A stretch of 63,314 bases of DNA, filler included, from Octopus bimaculoides (lineage: Eukaryota), in assembly GCF_001194135.2 (NCBI RefSeq). It is 3 parts of 3 records of this genome, joined end to end, with 100 filler letters (N's around TTAATTAATTAA, not from the genome) between each part and the next. Parts side by side here need not be neighbours in the genome. Positions count along the whole stretch, not along the records: positions 1 to 31,437 come from NC_068982.1; positions 31,538 to 41,693 come from NC_068985.1; 1 more part is not named here. One strand, 5' to 3'. Shown here one piece after another: positions 26,720-37,880 of this stretch; the stretch's first letter is position 1, and every line of letters starts with the position of its first letter. The notes below the pieces were generated by a model. The model was not told the origin of the DNA, made no database searches, and worked only from the letters and a program-made list of their open reading frames with translations. The translations under genes and the position numbers were made by a program.

Positions 26720-28225
26720 ATTCTGGTGGATTTCCAAAACGGGTTTTCCTCGCTACACGAGTTTTCACAGTCGGAAAAATCTGTGGCAGGTGAGAGAGGT
26801 ATGCCTGCACAGTCACACATCTCTAGTCCAGTCGACTGGTATGGGTGAAACTTCTCTCGGTTCCGATGGTGCAGGTGATGTTTTTCTGCTTTTCTCAGGG
26901 GTGGTACTACTGCGCGTTCTGTTGGCGCTGTTGGTGTTTTAGATGTTTTGCCCTTGGTACTGGTGCTGTTGGTGTTTTTGGTGGTGCAGCTGCTGTTGCT
27001 TTTGAGGCTGCTGCTGTTGTTGTCGTGTTAGATGCCTGCAGCAGCGGGGGTTTCCCTTTCTTTACATGGGGCAGAAAGCCTTTAAATGATTTGTTTCGTC
27101 ACAAATGTGGCGTCTCGATTTGTTATTTTTCATCTTATCCGTTTAAATAAGAAAACCCCTTAATTTCTTGGTTCCTTCCGACTTTCTGTCTATAAATAAA
27201 TGTGTTCTATTAGGGAGGATGATCAGATCAAGGATTGCTTCGATACTACGTAGATCGGCGTACATCCAAAATTCCGTGCCTGTGCCTGACCAATTCGTCC
27301 TTCCCGTTTTGTGGACTTGCATGATTTTTATTTTGTTCTCTGCGCTTTATAATACGACTGCCACCAGCAAATAGATGTCTACTTCTGGTGGCACTTCCGC
27401 TACTTTTATTTTGACCACCCTTCGACTGAGGTATATCGAAATTAGCCATAATTCTTCACTTTTGAGGCTTGTTGTCTCACTTTCTTTGGCTAATTCTTCA
27501 GTTGCGAATCTTACCTTAACTGTGCCAAAGCGTATTTAAACCCCAGACCAGTTTCAGGAACTTTTCGATCTGAGCCGGCGTCGCTCGCTCCAGTCTCTTC
27601 GTCTTTACTGAAATACATTTATATATGGCTCCTTGGCTTCATACTCTTGCTTGATGGAGCCGGGGTCATTCCAGGTTAGAGACCCCAGAGGCGCCATCAT
27701 GCGTAGAGTTGAAACATTTATATAATGTTTTTTCTCAATGTTTTTCTACACTGCCTCTGGCGTGTTAAGAAAGACTGTTCATTGTTAAGCGGGAACGGTG
27801 GTGAAGGTCATGCTTGCGTCATTTTTAAATACATCCAGCACGTCGCTGCTGCTACTGCTGCTGCCTGCGGTTCGTTTCTCAGTCACATCAGTTAGTGGTG
27901 GGAAAACAATTTCATAACAACTGTTCCAACAGCTATCAATTCCCTCGATTAGGGAAGCCATAATGATATCATTACGGGAAGCCATAATGATATCACTACG
28001 GGAAGCCATAATGTTATAATTTAGAAATATTGAATTTTCAATTTTAAATCTCAAAATTCACCCTTGAAGGGCGAATTCTCGCCAGACCAGCTCGCTTTGT
28101 TTGCAGGGAGCAGAGTTATTTACTTAACAGATCAACACAATTTGGAATACCAACTAATAGAACAACAAATCTTAAAGAAAATTAACTAACCACGAACAAG
28201 CGTCCACTCCTTCCAAACACAAATA
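26720..28225 (-). mobile_element. Probable 5' UTR and ORF1 remnant of a Tx1/L1-type LINE
   Basis: RFGTVKVRFATEELAK and YLSRRVVKIKVAEVPPEVDIYLLVAVVL...TNWSGTGTEFW, followed by a low-complexity T/K/P-rich tail. Assignment is from recalled similarity to mollusc L1/Tx1 ORF1. Confidence 0.55.
27952..28013 (+). repeat. 24-bp tandem repeat, about 2.6 copies
   Basis: GGGAAGCCATAATGATATCA(T/C)TAC. Confidence 0.9.
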
Positions 28226-28262
28226 ATATTAATAATAATAATAATTATAATAATAATAATAA

Positions 28263-28477
28263 TCCTTTCAATTATAGGCACAAGGCCTGAAATTTTGTGT
28301 GAGGGGGATAGTCGATTGCATCGACCCCAGTACTCAGCTAGTACTTATTTTATCGACCTCAAAAGGATGAAAGGTAAAGAAGTCGACCCCGGCAGAATTT
28401 GAACTCAGAACGTAAAGACGGACGAAAGGACGCTAAACATTTAGTCCGACGTGCTATCGATGCTGCCAGCTCTCTCT
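28263..28477 (-). mobile_element. SINE family A, full-length
   Basis: Reverse complement of 49003-49205; (AAT)n on both sides. Confidence 0.85.
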
Positions 28478-28496
28478 AATAATAATAATAATAATA

Positions 28497-28530
<34 letters not shown>

Positions 28531-28543
28531 CGATGATGATGAT

Positions 28544-30104
28544 TATTTCATTTATTTGCCATTAGGGCGAAAGATGAGGGGTACAATACAGAGACAGACA
28601 TAAAGTGTGGGGGTTTATATATAATAATGAAATGATAAATAAAAAAATATAAAAAGTATACACAGTATACACTGAGAAAGAGGAGACATATGTATAGCAT
28701 ACAGAGGTACAAGAAAAAATGCAGGAGGGGATGTGGCCCTCCAAATACAGGAACGCCTTAAGGGATAATCCAGGAACCCTACCGTCCGAGATTTCCCTGA
28801 AACTCTATGAGTAAGTGCCCCCTTCAATTCCTTCGCTCCGACTCACAGATCTACACTTAGAGAGGTACCGTTCACTCTTGCCATTTTCGCAACTTTCACC
28901 CACCTTTCGATAAATTTACTCGAGGACACCACTTCCCACTCCACTCTCAAATTCCTTTTCAAGTGAAACATGAAAAAGTCAATGAGAGCTCTACCAAAGA
29001 GGAACGTATCTGTCCTCATGCCTTTCAGCCTTGTCCACCAAACAACCTCTTTCGCCACGGCCACCAGGCAAAGAAAAACTGCTTTGCCTGCCCGATTGAA
29101 GGAGGGCAGCAGTGCAATCTTCACTACAGACTCGGNNNNNNNNNNNNNNNNNNNNNNNNTTTCTCGAACCGGTAGCACTGTCAAGCGAAGGACATGATAG
29201 TTCCCGACCGGAAAGTCCTCCAGAACAGACTAGCCAGTTCGTTCTCGTCGGCATCCAGAGTTTCACCGAGAACGTCGTCGCATTCCTCGCCACTAATCCT
29301 CTATAAATTTTTAAGGCAAAACATCCACCGATCCCATTGCCCGATTGGTAGAGGGCTGTGAGCGCCTGACGACATTCTAGGTGCCAGGTGCCTAGTCTTG
29401 GTCTTTTCTTCACCCATGACAGTAGCTCCGTCAAGGAGACGAGCTGCGGAAAGACGAGCCTCACAAACGGAGCCCACACACGCTCACCTTCCAGAAATCG
29501 TTGCAGGTTGGTAAGACTGACCATATTATACGCCACCTCGTCCCAGTTCTTATCAACCTGGAAGTCAGGACCAAACCAGACCCCGAGCACTTTAATTGGT
29601 CTGTCGGTTCAGCGTCCGAGGACGCCATCCGATGGTATCGTCCTGCCTCTCCAGGAGCTCAACCGCAAATCAACCAATTTGTCGGTGTTGATTTTAGCCC
29701 CCTGCAACTGGCTCACATTCCTTTACGACAGTGCCCACAGTCTCCACTTCGGAGGTGTCCGACACCATGACGCTGACATTATCCGCGTATTCTGACATTG
29801 TCCTTCCTTATCTCAGTTCGAAAGGGATGCCCCTTAGCTGTTCCAACTTCCGCAACAGTGGCTCGAGTACCAATACGTATAGAAGAGGCGATAACGAGCA
29901 GCCTTGACGGACCTAGTGTGCGATGCCAAACAGCTCCGATAGGTGGCCGTTTACTTAGACCACTGAACAGGTGTTGCTGTGCATTGCAGCGATCCAGCCT
30001 CTGAAAACGGGTCCGAAACCGCCTGCTTTTAGGATGGCTTCCAAGTAGCGATGGTTGACCCTACCAAATTCTTTTGATTGATCCAAATGGATCAGAGCAC
30101 CCCC

Positions 30105-30105
<1 letters not shown>
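28544..30105 (-). mobile_element. Tx1/L1-clade LINE ORF2 3' fragment (RT to C-terminus), 5'-truncated
   Basis: GALIHLDQSKEFGRVNHRYL, RSVRQGCSLSPLLYVLVLEPLLRKL, YADNV, LGVWFGPD, FHLKRNLRVE...RWVKVAKM*; simple AAT/GAT repeats on both sides. Confidence 0.9.
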
Positions 30106-30183
<78 letters not shown>

Positions 30184-30232
30184 AAGAAGAAGAAGAAGAA
30201 CAACAACAACAACAGCAACAGCAGCAGCAGCA

Positions 30233-30273
<41 letters not shown>
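30106..30273 (+). repeat. Compound trinucleotide microsatellite AAT-AAG-AAC-AGC-GAC
   Basis: (AAT)25, GAG, (AAG)5, (AAC)5, AGC/AAC mix, (GAC)13. Confidence 0.95.
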
Positions 30274-30274
<1 letters not shown>

Positions 30275-30275
<1 letters not shown>

Positions 30276-30828
30276 ACGCCCTTATACAATACCAGGTAGT
30301 GACTCTCATGGCTTCTGATCCTAACTGATTAGAAGTGTTATCATGTACATGTTTTGTTTGGTGTAAAAGACGGACCACAACAGATATTCTGCTCAATGTC
30401 ACAGATTTGTTTGTCAGTTGCTTGACCATAACCAGTTGAGTATGTCCTTTAATGGCTGTCGGTATGTGCATTTTTTTTATCATGGGCAGGAGCAGTGAGG
30501 GAGTATCAAAGTCATGCGTTGAGAAGAATTTTGTGAGGTTTGAATAATTCACTCCTGGAAACATGGGTGTTTCGTTCATCATCTTTAAATAACCCTTATT
30601 CGGATACCTTTTAAAAAGGATGGGCTACTCGACCAGAAGTAAATTCTAACTGGACCCCACCTGCAAGGTCAAGCGGAGTTTTATCTTGACATTAGATCAT
30701 CATGTCGTGCACATATGGTTGTGATGATTGTTACGGTATCAATTGTCAGAAGGGTAGCCATGATGGGTATACTAGCTTTGTATATTTGTACCCGTGTCAC
30801 TTTGATGGTATGCGCTGCTCTCTCACTC

Positions 30829-30831
<3 letters not shown>
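30275..30831 (+). mobile_element. About 557-bp (AAT)n-embedded element, copy 2
   Basis: Colinear with 34017-34573; lies between a compound trinucleotide tract and (AAG)69. Confidence 0.85.
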
Positions 30832-30861
<30 letters not shown>

Positions 30862-31040
30862 AAGAAGAAGAAGAAGAAGAAGAAGAAGAAGAAGAAGAAG
30901 AAGAAGAAGAAGAAGAAGAAGAAGAAGAAGAAGAAGAAGAAGAAGAAGAAGAAGAAGAAGAAGAAGAAGAAGAAGAAGAAGAAGAAGAAGAAGAAGAAGA
31001 AGAAGAAGAAGAAGAAGAAGAAGAAGAAGAAGAAGAAGAA
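30832..31040 (+). repeat. (AAG)69 perfect microsatellite
   Basis: Uninterrupted AAG run. Confidence 0.97.
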
Positions 31041-31373
31041 TATGGCCTCTTAAAACGAGAACTGTTCCTGTTATTGTAGGTGCCCTGGGTATGATAAAAA
31101 ATAAAAAGGGATTTCAGAAACATCTAGATAAGATGCCAGGAAAACCATGTCTCATAGAAATGCAAAACATTGTACTAACAAGTACTGCTCACATCCATAG
31201 AGAAACCCTATCAATTTAAATGTCTATGTTGTATTACATGAAGATATTTCGTTACTTCCCCTTCCCAAGCTTTCAGTCATACTGTAACATCTCTTATCCT
31301 TCACTCGCCCCAGGACACTGGGTGTGTCTCGGCAAGTGACCATAACAAACATGCAGATGAAAAGTGGATAATA

Positions 31374-31375
<2 letters not shown>
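31041..31375 (+). mobile_element. R4/Dong-clade LINE extreme 3' fragment
   Basis: TVPVIVGALGMIKNKKGFQKHLDKMPGKPCLIEMQNIVLTSTAHIHRETLS then UTR, lying between (AAG)69 and (AAT)n. Confidence 0.8.
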
Positions 31376-31404
<29 letters not shown>

Positions 31405-31405
31405 T

Positions 31406-31437
31406 AAATGTACGGTCAGTTTGCAAGAGATATGACT
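31406..31437 (+). mobile_element. Probable start of another R4/Dong fragment running into a gap
   Basis: Reads MYGQFARDM (HGQF-like motif of these elements) directly after (AAT)n; only about 30 bp visible. Confidence 0.4.
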
Positions 31438-31537
31438 NNNNNNNNNNNNNNNNNNNNNNNNNNNNNNNNNNNNNNNNNNNNTTAATTAATTAANNNNNNN
31501 NNNNNNNNNNNNNNNNNNNNNNNNNNNNNNNNNNNNN
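31438..31537. other. Artificial contig-join spacer
   Basis: N44-TTAATTAATTAA-N44, exactly 100 bp; identical construct at 41694-41793. Confidence 0.95.
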
Positions 31538-31575
<38 letters not shown>

Positions 31576-31724
31576 TCCCGTTAAAGATGACGTATGAGCT
31601 TCCAGCTTTTGCCGAACAACCCACACAAATGATTTGTTTATAGTTATCAAATTCTGGTGTCGTATATTTTTAACTCATTCTCTCCATCAAATGGACATTG
31701 TCCGAACAGGTGCTCGTTGTATTA

Positions 31725-31830
31725 CGCTCCAGGTGTCGAAGTGATCGCAGAGCAATGATAGATGAAGTGTTTTGTCCAAGAACCCAACCTACCACACGGT
31801 CTAGGAAGTGAGACCACGATCTCGTTAATT
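31725..31830 (-). mobile_element. Third SINE family fragment (tRNA/CORE-like head)
   Basis: Reverse complement reads GATCGTGGTCTCACTTCCTAG...TTCTTGGACAAAACACTTCATCT...TTGCTCTGCGATCACTTCGACACC. Confidence 0.55.
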
Positions 31831-32999
31831 TCTAGGCCTTCCACATTTCGTTCTCGTATTTGGTTTGCAAATGCTAAATGTGAAATCTAATGTTGATACA
31901 AATCTCCTTGCATTAATTATGCCAATAAGAAAAGAACGCACTGGTTCTTTTTCACTTCATGTATTATTAGTCAGATAGTTATCTAACCAATTAGCTAAGC
32001 GGTTGATTGATCAACCGTTGGGTCAGTCATCCAGTTAGATGTGTCGCATTCTTTTCGTCTCCACACGTGACCTCATTAATGACATGCTCTCTCTACTTCA
32101 GTTATTTCTATCTCTTAGTTTTCAGACTGTATTTATATTTATTGTTACTGGGATGTGATTGAGGATGCTTCAGAGAAGTGGAGTGTTTTTGTGTAGGTGT
32201 ATGCATGGCATGGATTCTGTGAGAGCGTGAGAGAGAACATGTGTGTGTGACATTGTACGCGTGTCTCTAAGTGCAAGCTTTTTTATATTCATGTTGTAGA
32301 TTCTTTGAAAGGTGTGAGTGGTTAAACTTTTATTTGTTTTCTTTATTTCTTCTATGTTTAGTGTCTTTGTGTTTATGAATAGGCTGCAGGTGTGTTGGTG
32401 TTCACGACTGGGAATACGTGTTTGTTTGGACATTCTAGAACTATCGCATTTTTTAAAAAGTTCCTTATCTTTTTGGAACGGAGACGCTCACATTTCGATT
32501 TTCTGATTCACTTAATCTTTCCTTCTAATGTCAGGAGAAGAAAAAAAAATTATATTCCACCGTAATATATGATGCACTCATATATTTAAACCAGATAAAC
32601 ACACAATCGCTTTCTCACACATGCGCATCGTTACACAAAAGCCAAAGATAAGTACACCATAAATGCTTCCAAATATACAGGTATATATAATTGTTATTTC
32701 TTGCGAGGAGAAAGGAATCGATCTAAAGTACACGCAGCAGTATGTGATTGGTACTGCGTACATCGGCCAATTTAATACCAACAAGCATATGCATAGTGTT
32801 ATGCATCGGTATGCACATACATGTGGATCCATATTTGATCCTATTTGCTTAACAGCTTATTTCTGTTTTTTTTTTGTTTTTTTTTTTTGGTGTGTGAGTG
32901 TGTGGATGGTCGTTTTGGTTGAGTACGGTGATTAAATTTTACTTCCATTTTATATTGAATGTTAGTTTCCATTCAGTTATTTGTCTACATCCACTTATC

Positions 33000-33560
33000 T
33001 CGCAACATGTGTAGATATGATTTTTAATATCTTTGTTATTTAGTATACCTACATGTTTATCCTTGATATACTGATAGAATACCGACATTGGTTTCCTATC
33101 ACTCTATCTCTTCCAGTGTCCTTCTATTCTGCCAGGCAAGCTCCTAATAGACCTTCCCTTATATTCTGTGGTAATGTTCTTACATTTGGCTTCCAAAAAT
33201 ATTAACTGGTCTAAAACGTTCCTAGTTTTGTAGTTGATCATAGGGTTAGTATTAAACAGAATACACATTTTATGGGCACATGTGGTCTAATGGAAGTGAA
33301 TGGCGTTCTACTTTCGGAGCTCACAGATTTTTGTGTTTTCTCTACAGCTCCGATTCTAAGTTTTGGGTCCCTCTTTAAATCTATGCTCTCTGACAATTTT
33401 ATGGTCAAGCTCGTAGCAGTAGAGACCTTCGGCGTTCTTGGCCCCTGAACCATATCCCTGCTCACCGTTATAGGGGTCGGAGATGGCTATCCGCAAGTGC
33501 TAGCCCTTTATTCCATTTGGTCTACTGGTCACATGCGAAATATTTCTATGTTGTAAGAGG
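33000..33560 (-). mobile_element. Possible RTE endonuclease remnant
   Basis: GYGSGAKNAEG resembles the G.G.RN.EG motif of RTE AP endonucleases; otherwise decayed. Confidence 0.35.
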
Positions 33561-33978
33561 CAAGATTTTTCAAAATGTATTCAAATAAAGGTAGAGCCAG
33601 TCAACATGATAAAATTAAAAGCAATAATGAAAGCAGCAATAAGACGAAACATCTGAATATTAGCATTACATCAGCATGATTACGCAGAAGAAAAAACACA
33701 GCATTTTACTAAGGTTATTTCACATTATTTTAATTACCTATCAATTCAGCTATCTTTCAATATTCCAAGCACCTATTTTTCAGTCTAACTCAATAGACGG
33801 TGCATTTCCTCCGCTCTCTCTCTCTCTCCCTCTTTCTCTTTTGTTTCAACTCTGCCATATCCCCCTGAGGTAAACATGCTCTCTTTCTCTTTCTCTCCTC
33901 CTTCCACCAGCTAACTATTTAACCACATAATATAATAGCAATCACTTCCGCTAAATCTCTTACAATCCTCCCCTCATT

Positions 33979-34016
<38 letters not shown>

Positions 34017-34019
<3 letters not shown>

Positions 34020-34573
34020 TGCCCGCATGCAGTACCAGGCAGTGGCTCTCATGGCTTCTGATCTTAATTGATTGGAAGTGTTATTATGTACATTGTTTTG
34101 TCATGGTATAAAAGATGGGCTACAGCAAATATTCTGCTCAATACCACAGATTTGATTGTCAGTTGCTTGACCTTAACCAGTTGAGCATGTCCCTTGGTGG
34201 CTAACGGTATGTGCATTTCTGATCATGAGCAGAAATAGTGGGGAGCATCATAGCCATGTGTTGAGAGGAATTCTTTGGGGTTTGAGTAATTCACCTTTGG
34301 AAATATGGGTGTTTTGCTCAACATCCTTAAACAAACCTTATTCAGGGACCTTTTGAGCGGGATGAGCTACTCGACCAGAACAAAATTCTAACTGGGCCCC
34401 ACTTGTGAGGTCATGCGCTGTTTATTTTGATATGAGATCACCATGTCGCGCACATTTGGTAGTGAGGCATGTGCCTGGTGTACTCTTATCAGACGGGTAG
34501 TCATGATGGGTATAATGGGCTTCGTATATTTTAACCCCGTGTCACATTGATGGCATACACTGCTCTCTCATTC
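34017..34573 (+). mobile_element. About 557-bp (AAT)n-embedded element, copy 3
   Basis: Starts ..GCCC.CATGCAGTACCAGGCAGTGG, ends CTCTCTCATTC; (AAT)n on both sides. Confidence 0.85.
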
Positions 34574-34617
<44 letters not shown>

Positions 34618-35159
34618 AGTAAGGATGAAATTTGATAGATAAATATGTTGAGTGGTACTCAGTAAAATCTGCTCGGGTGATTGTTACGAATATAGATGGC
34701 ACTGGGGAAAATATACAAATAATTGATTGTTTGGATTGAGGCTGGGTACACAGAAACCAACACACGGACTCACACTCACAAACACACGCGGATACTGACG
34801 TCATCACATACGTATATCCACCCACCTATCCATCACCACCCCCACACACACGTACATGTTACAGAGCGCTGTAATGTAGATCGATACATTTTATTCCATA
34901 TATCTAGATAGTAAGCCTGTTTTCAGCGTATTGAAAATTTCGGAGAGACAGCATTAAGTCAATGCTAAATTATCAGGATTTCTATTTTAAAATTTTGTTG
35001 TATTTTGTGGATATGTAATTCTAAAAGAAATTCATCATAATATTCATCTATTTAGTCCTCTTGGCTTCTGCACATCCATTAAAGCAGAATTCATTTAAAT
35101 AATTCTTGATACAACCGGAAACTATTAACCTTATTACGTTGAGATGATGCTGTTTCTAG

Positions 35160-35187
35160 GATGAGTCTCTCTTCGCGATTATTCAAA
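35160..35187 (+). CDS. Candidate micro-exon
   Basis: CTGTTTCTAG acceptor and AAA/GTATGT donor 28 nt apart (MSLSSRLFK or DESLFAIIQ). Confidence 0.15.
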
Positions 35188-37053
35188 GTATGTCCGCCGA
35201 ATTTCATAATTATAAACTTTGTAATGAACAAAGATTCAATGTGCTGTATTATAAAAAAAATATTATATGGACGTTATTCAGCAACTGCTACAAAATATAT
35301 CGTTACAAATTCTCAGCTTATTTTCGCTTTGTCTTTTAATGGAAGGCTCCAAGTATCCGGAAATAGAAATGCATTAACTTGGACAAAAGAGATATTTTAT
35401 AACGGAAAAGTGTAGCTGCCAATTACATCGATGGAAATACTTTCATTTCCATTGTATTATATACATTAGACAAACGAATTAAAGTTTTAAAGAAATTGAG
35501 CGCGCGAAGACATTTGTTTGCGCACGTTATTCTTCTGCTTAATTAATAATTATCTAGTAATACATTTGTATTTTGCTAAAAAGATGTGAACATGTTAGAG
35601 ACTCAAACTACAGATGAAACAAAATACACGATAACTTTTAATAACACAATGACATTAATATGTATTTATTGATTTTCTGTTTCTCTTTGCATCAAGTATA
35701 TATGGGTGTATACTAAAAGAAAAACAAACCATTCGGGTGGAGTTCACTGGGGAATTGTAAAACATGCCGAAGGTATTTTATATAAATGACCTTTCCTATC
35801 CTTTCTGTTTACAGGAAAAAAAATAGAGAAATAATGACAGATTAAAACGAGCATCGCTAAGTAGAAATCGCACCGACGTTGTAGGACCAACATTTATTAC
35901 ATACTATCAAGACTTATGAAAGGATTCTGTTACTATAATATCGTAACAACTTTATTTTTCTTTAAATAAATGAGTACAGGCTGGTGGTATTAGAGTATTC
36001 TTTCAGTGAGAACATTCTCCATTCTGATGATTCTACAGATTTGCCATCCCATTTAAAAGGCTTCCATCGTATCGTATTCGCTTAAATAATGTTATTTCTA
36101 CATGCTTTGTATGCTTTTGTGTAATAGAAATAAGGATTCCGAACAAAAGCTGCAAAACTAGAAATGAAATAACCATCCAATAAATAGATATAATTAAGCA
36201 AAAAATTTAATACGAATGGCTTTGAGTGTTCAATATAAAGATTGGTATGAATGATGGCTTTCAGTGTCTAACATTTCAGTTCGACGATTCAGTAACTGCG
36301 AAGGAATGAAACAGGAAAATTCATTTGGTAATCTAAGCTTTTCATAGTAACCTGTTCTTAGGGGGATAGAGTCGAATAGATGGAAGTTAATAAAGTTAAT
36401 ATCTGGGTAATTCTTTCTGAATCTGTACCAGAAGATTACAAGAAAAGTGAATTTGTAATCAAATTTGAAACTATACAAATGCCGCAAAAAGTTTTCGTCC
36501 GACACACAATCAATTTTGCCATCCGCCATCATTTGGCCGACTTAATAACATATTTCTCAGTTGAAATTTATTTGGTTATGTTTAAGACACCATTAAATAC
36601 TTTTAACATATCAAAAAAGAAAGTTGTTGTAATATTTAATTTAATCACACTTTATATAAATATTTCACAAATAATTTTACATTTTTAAAAGATTCGTTAA
36701 ATTTTAAATGATTATGAATAAACGATGAAATTGCCCCAATATATAACTATGTAATAAAAAGAAAGAAAAGGAATTTTAATTAAACGCTGTTGAAGATTTA
36801 CTACAATTAGTTTTATTACAACAATAGTTATATAACTTAATGAATTAGCTAAGCTTCAAATTTTCAAAAAAATACTAGCATTAATATTTCATATAACAGT
36901 TTATGTCAAACTGTTGCTTTTACTAGGGTGAAGATAAAAAAAAATGTATCTTAAAACAAAATTTTATTTACTTTACGATTAAATATATAATACTGATCTC
37001 AATTAGATGAATATTACCACACGTTATACAGGGTGTTTAATGTCATATATATA

Positions 37054-37880
37054 CAGGCTGCGGTGAATAAATTGGCGTCTAAATTGCGCAAAAGTGAAAA
37101 TAACATCGCATTTTAACAGGTCGTCATTGGCTTTAATCCCGATCTCCAGACGACTTCGGAATCTTCTGCAACTCTTCTGGCTGGCATTATTGTTTACGCT
37201 GGTGAATATTGCGATAATCCTTGCCTTCAGTTGATCTTTGTTGTCACAACGAGTTTTGTTGGTCTTTCGCTCAACTGCACCCCACGCATAACAATCAAGG
37301 GTGTTCCAGTCTGAAGAGTTAGGTGGCCAGATGTTAGGGGTGATACGGTTGCAAAAATAATTGTCTGATAGCCACAACTGGGTTTTTCTGCTTGTGTAAC
37401 ATAGTGCAGAATCCTGTGGCCAGTCGTAGGGTCTTCCAGCAGCTACCCTCTTGACCTACGGCAGCACTATCTCCTCCAGCCACTTGATGTGGGCCTCTTA
37501 TTGAGTCTGAGGTCGTGTAGGAAGGTGTATGGAGGTATAATGTCACTCTTCATCACTCCAAAAACCAAGATGTTGCCTGGATGTTTGATTTTTATCACTC
37601 TCGGTACATGTTTTGCGGACACGGCAAGCGAACGGTTGTTCTCTGTGTTTGCCGTCCCATCATGGCAGAATGTTTTCTCCCCTGAGGAAAACCCATGCAT
37701 TTTCGGTTGGAGGGGATGCTTGAGTTTGTTGAAAGGCTTCGTAGCGTGGTCTCTTTTCTTGTCCATGAAGACTTGGGATGAAAATTGGCCCTTTCTCATC
37801 TTGTATGAGGAATACCAAATGTCTTCATGCACTAGCTGCTTGAAAAGAAACTCAAACTATGTCCCTGATAATTGATCTGA
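37054..37880 (-). mobile_element. Tc1/mariner transposase remnant, DD37D (maT)-like
   Basis: YKMRKGQF, FSSGEK (decayed FSDEK), WPQDSALCY, WPPNSSDWNTLD; 38 residues between the 2nd and 3rd D as read. One terminus TA-CAGGCTGCGGTGAATAAATT at 37052; the other was not found. Confidence 0.85.

Noticed and set aside
31482-31493. TTAATTAATTAA motif inside two gaps
   Set aside because: Artificial linker with stops in all six frames, centred in exact 100-bp spacers.
33238-33465. 75-aa S/T/K/P-rich ORF as a host exon
   Set aside because: Weak splice sites; an overlapping frame resembles an RTE endonuclease motif.
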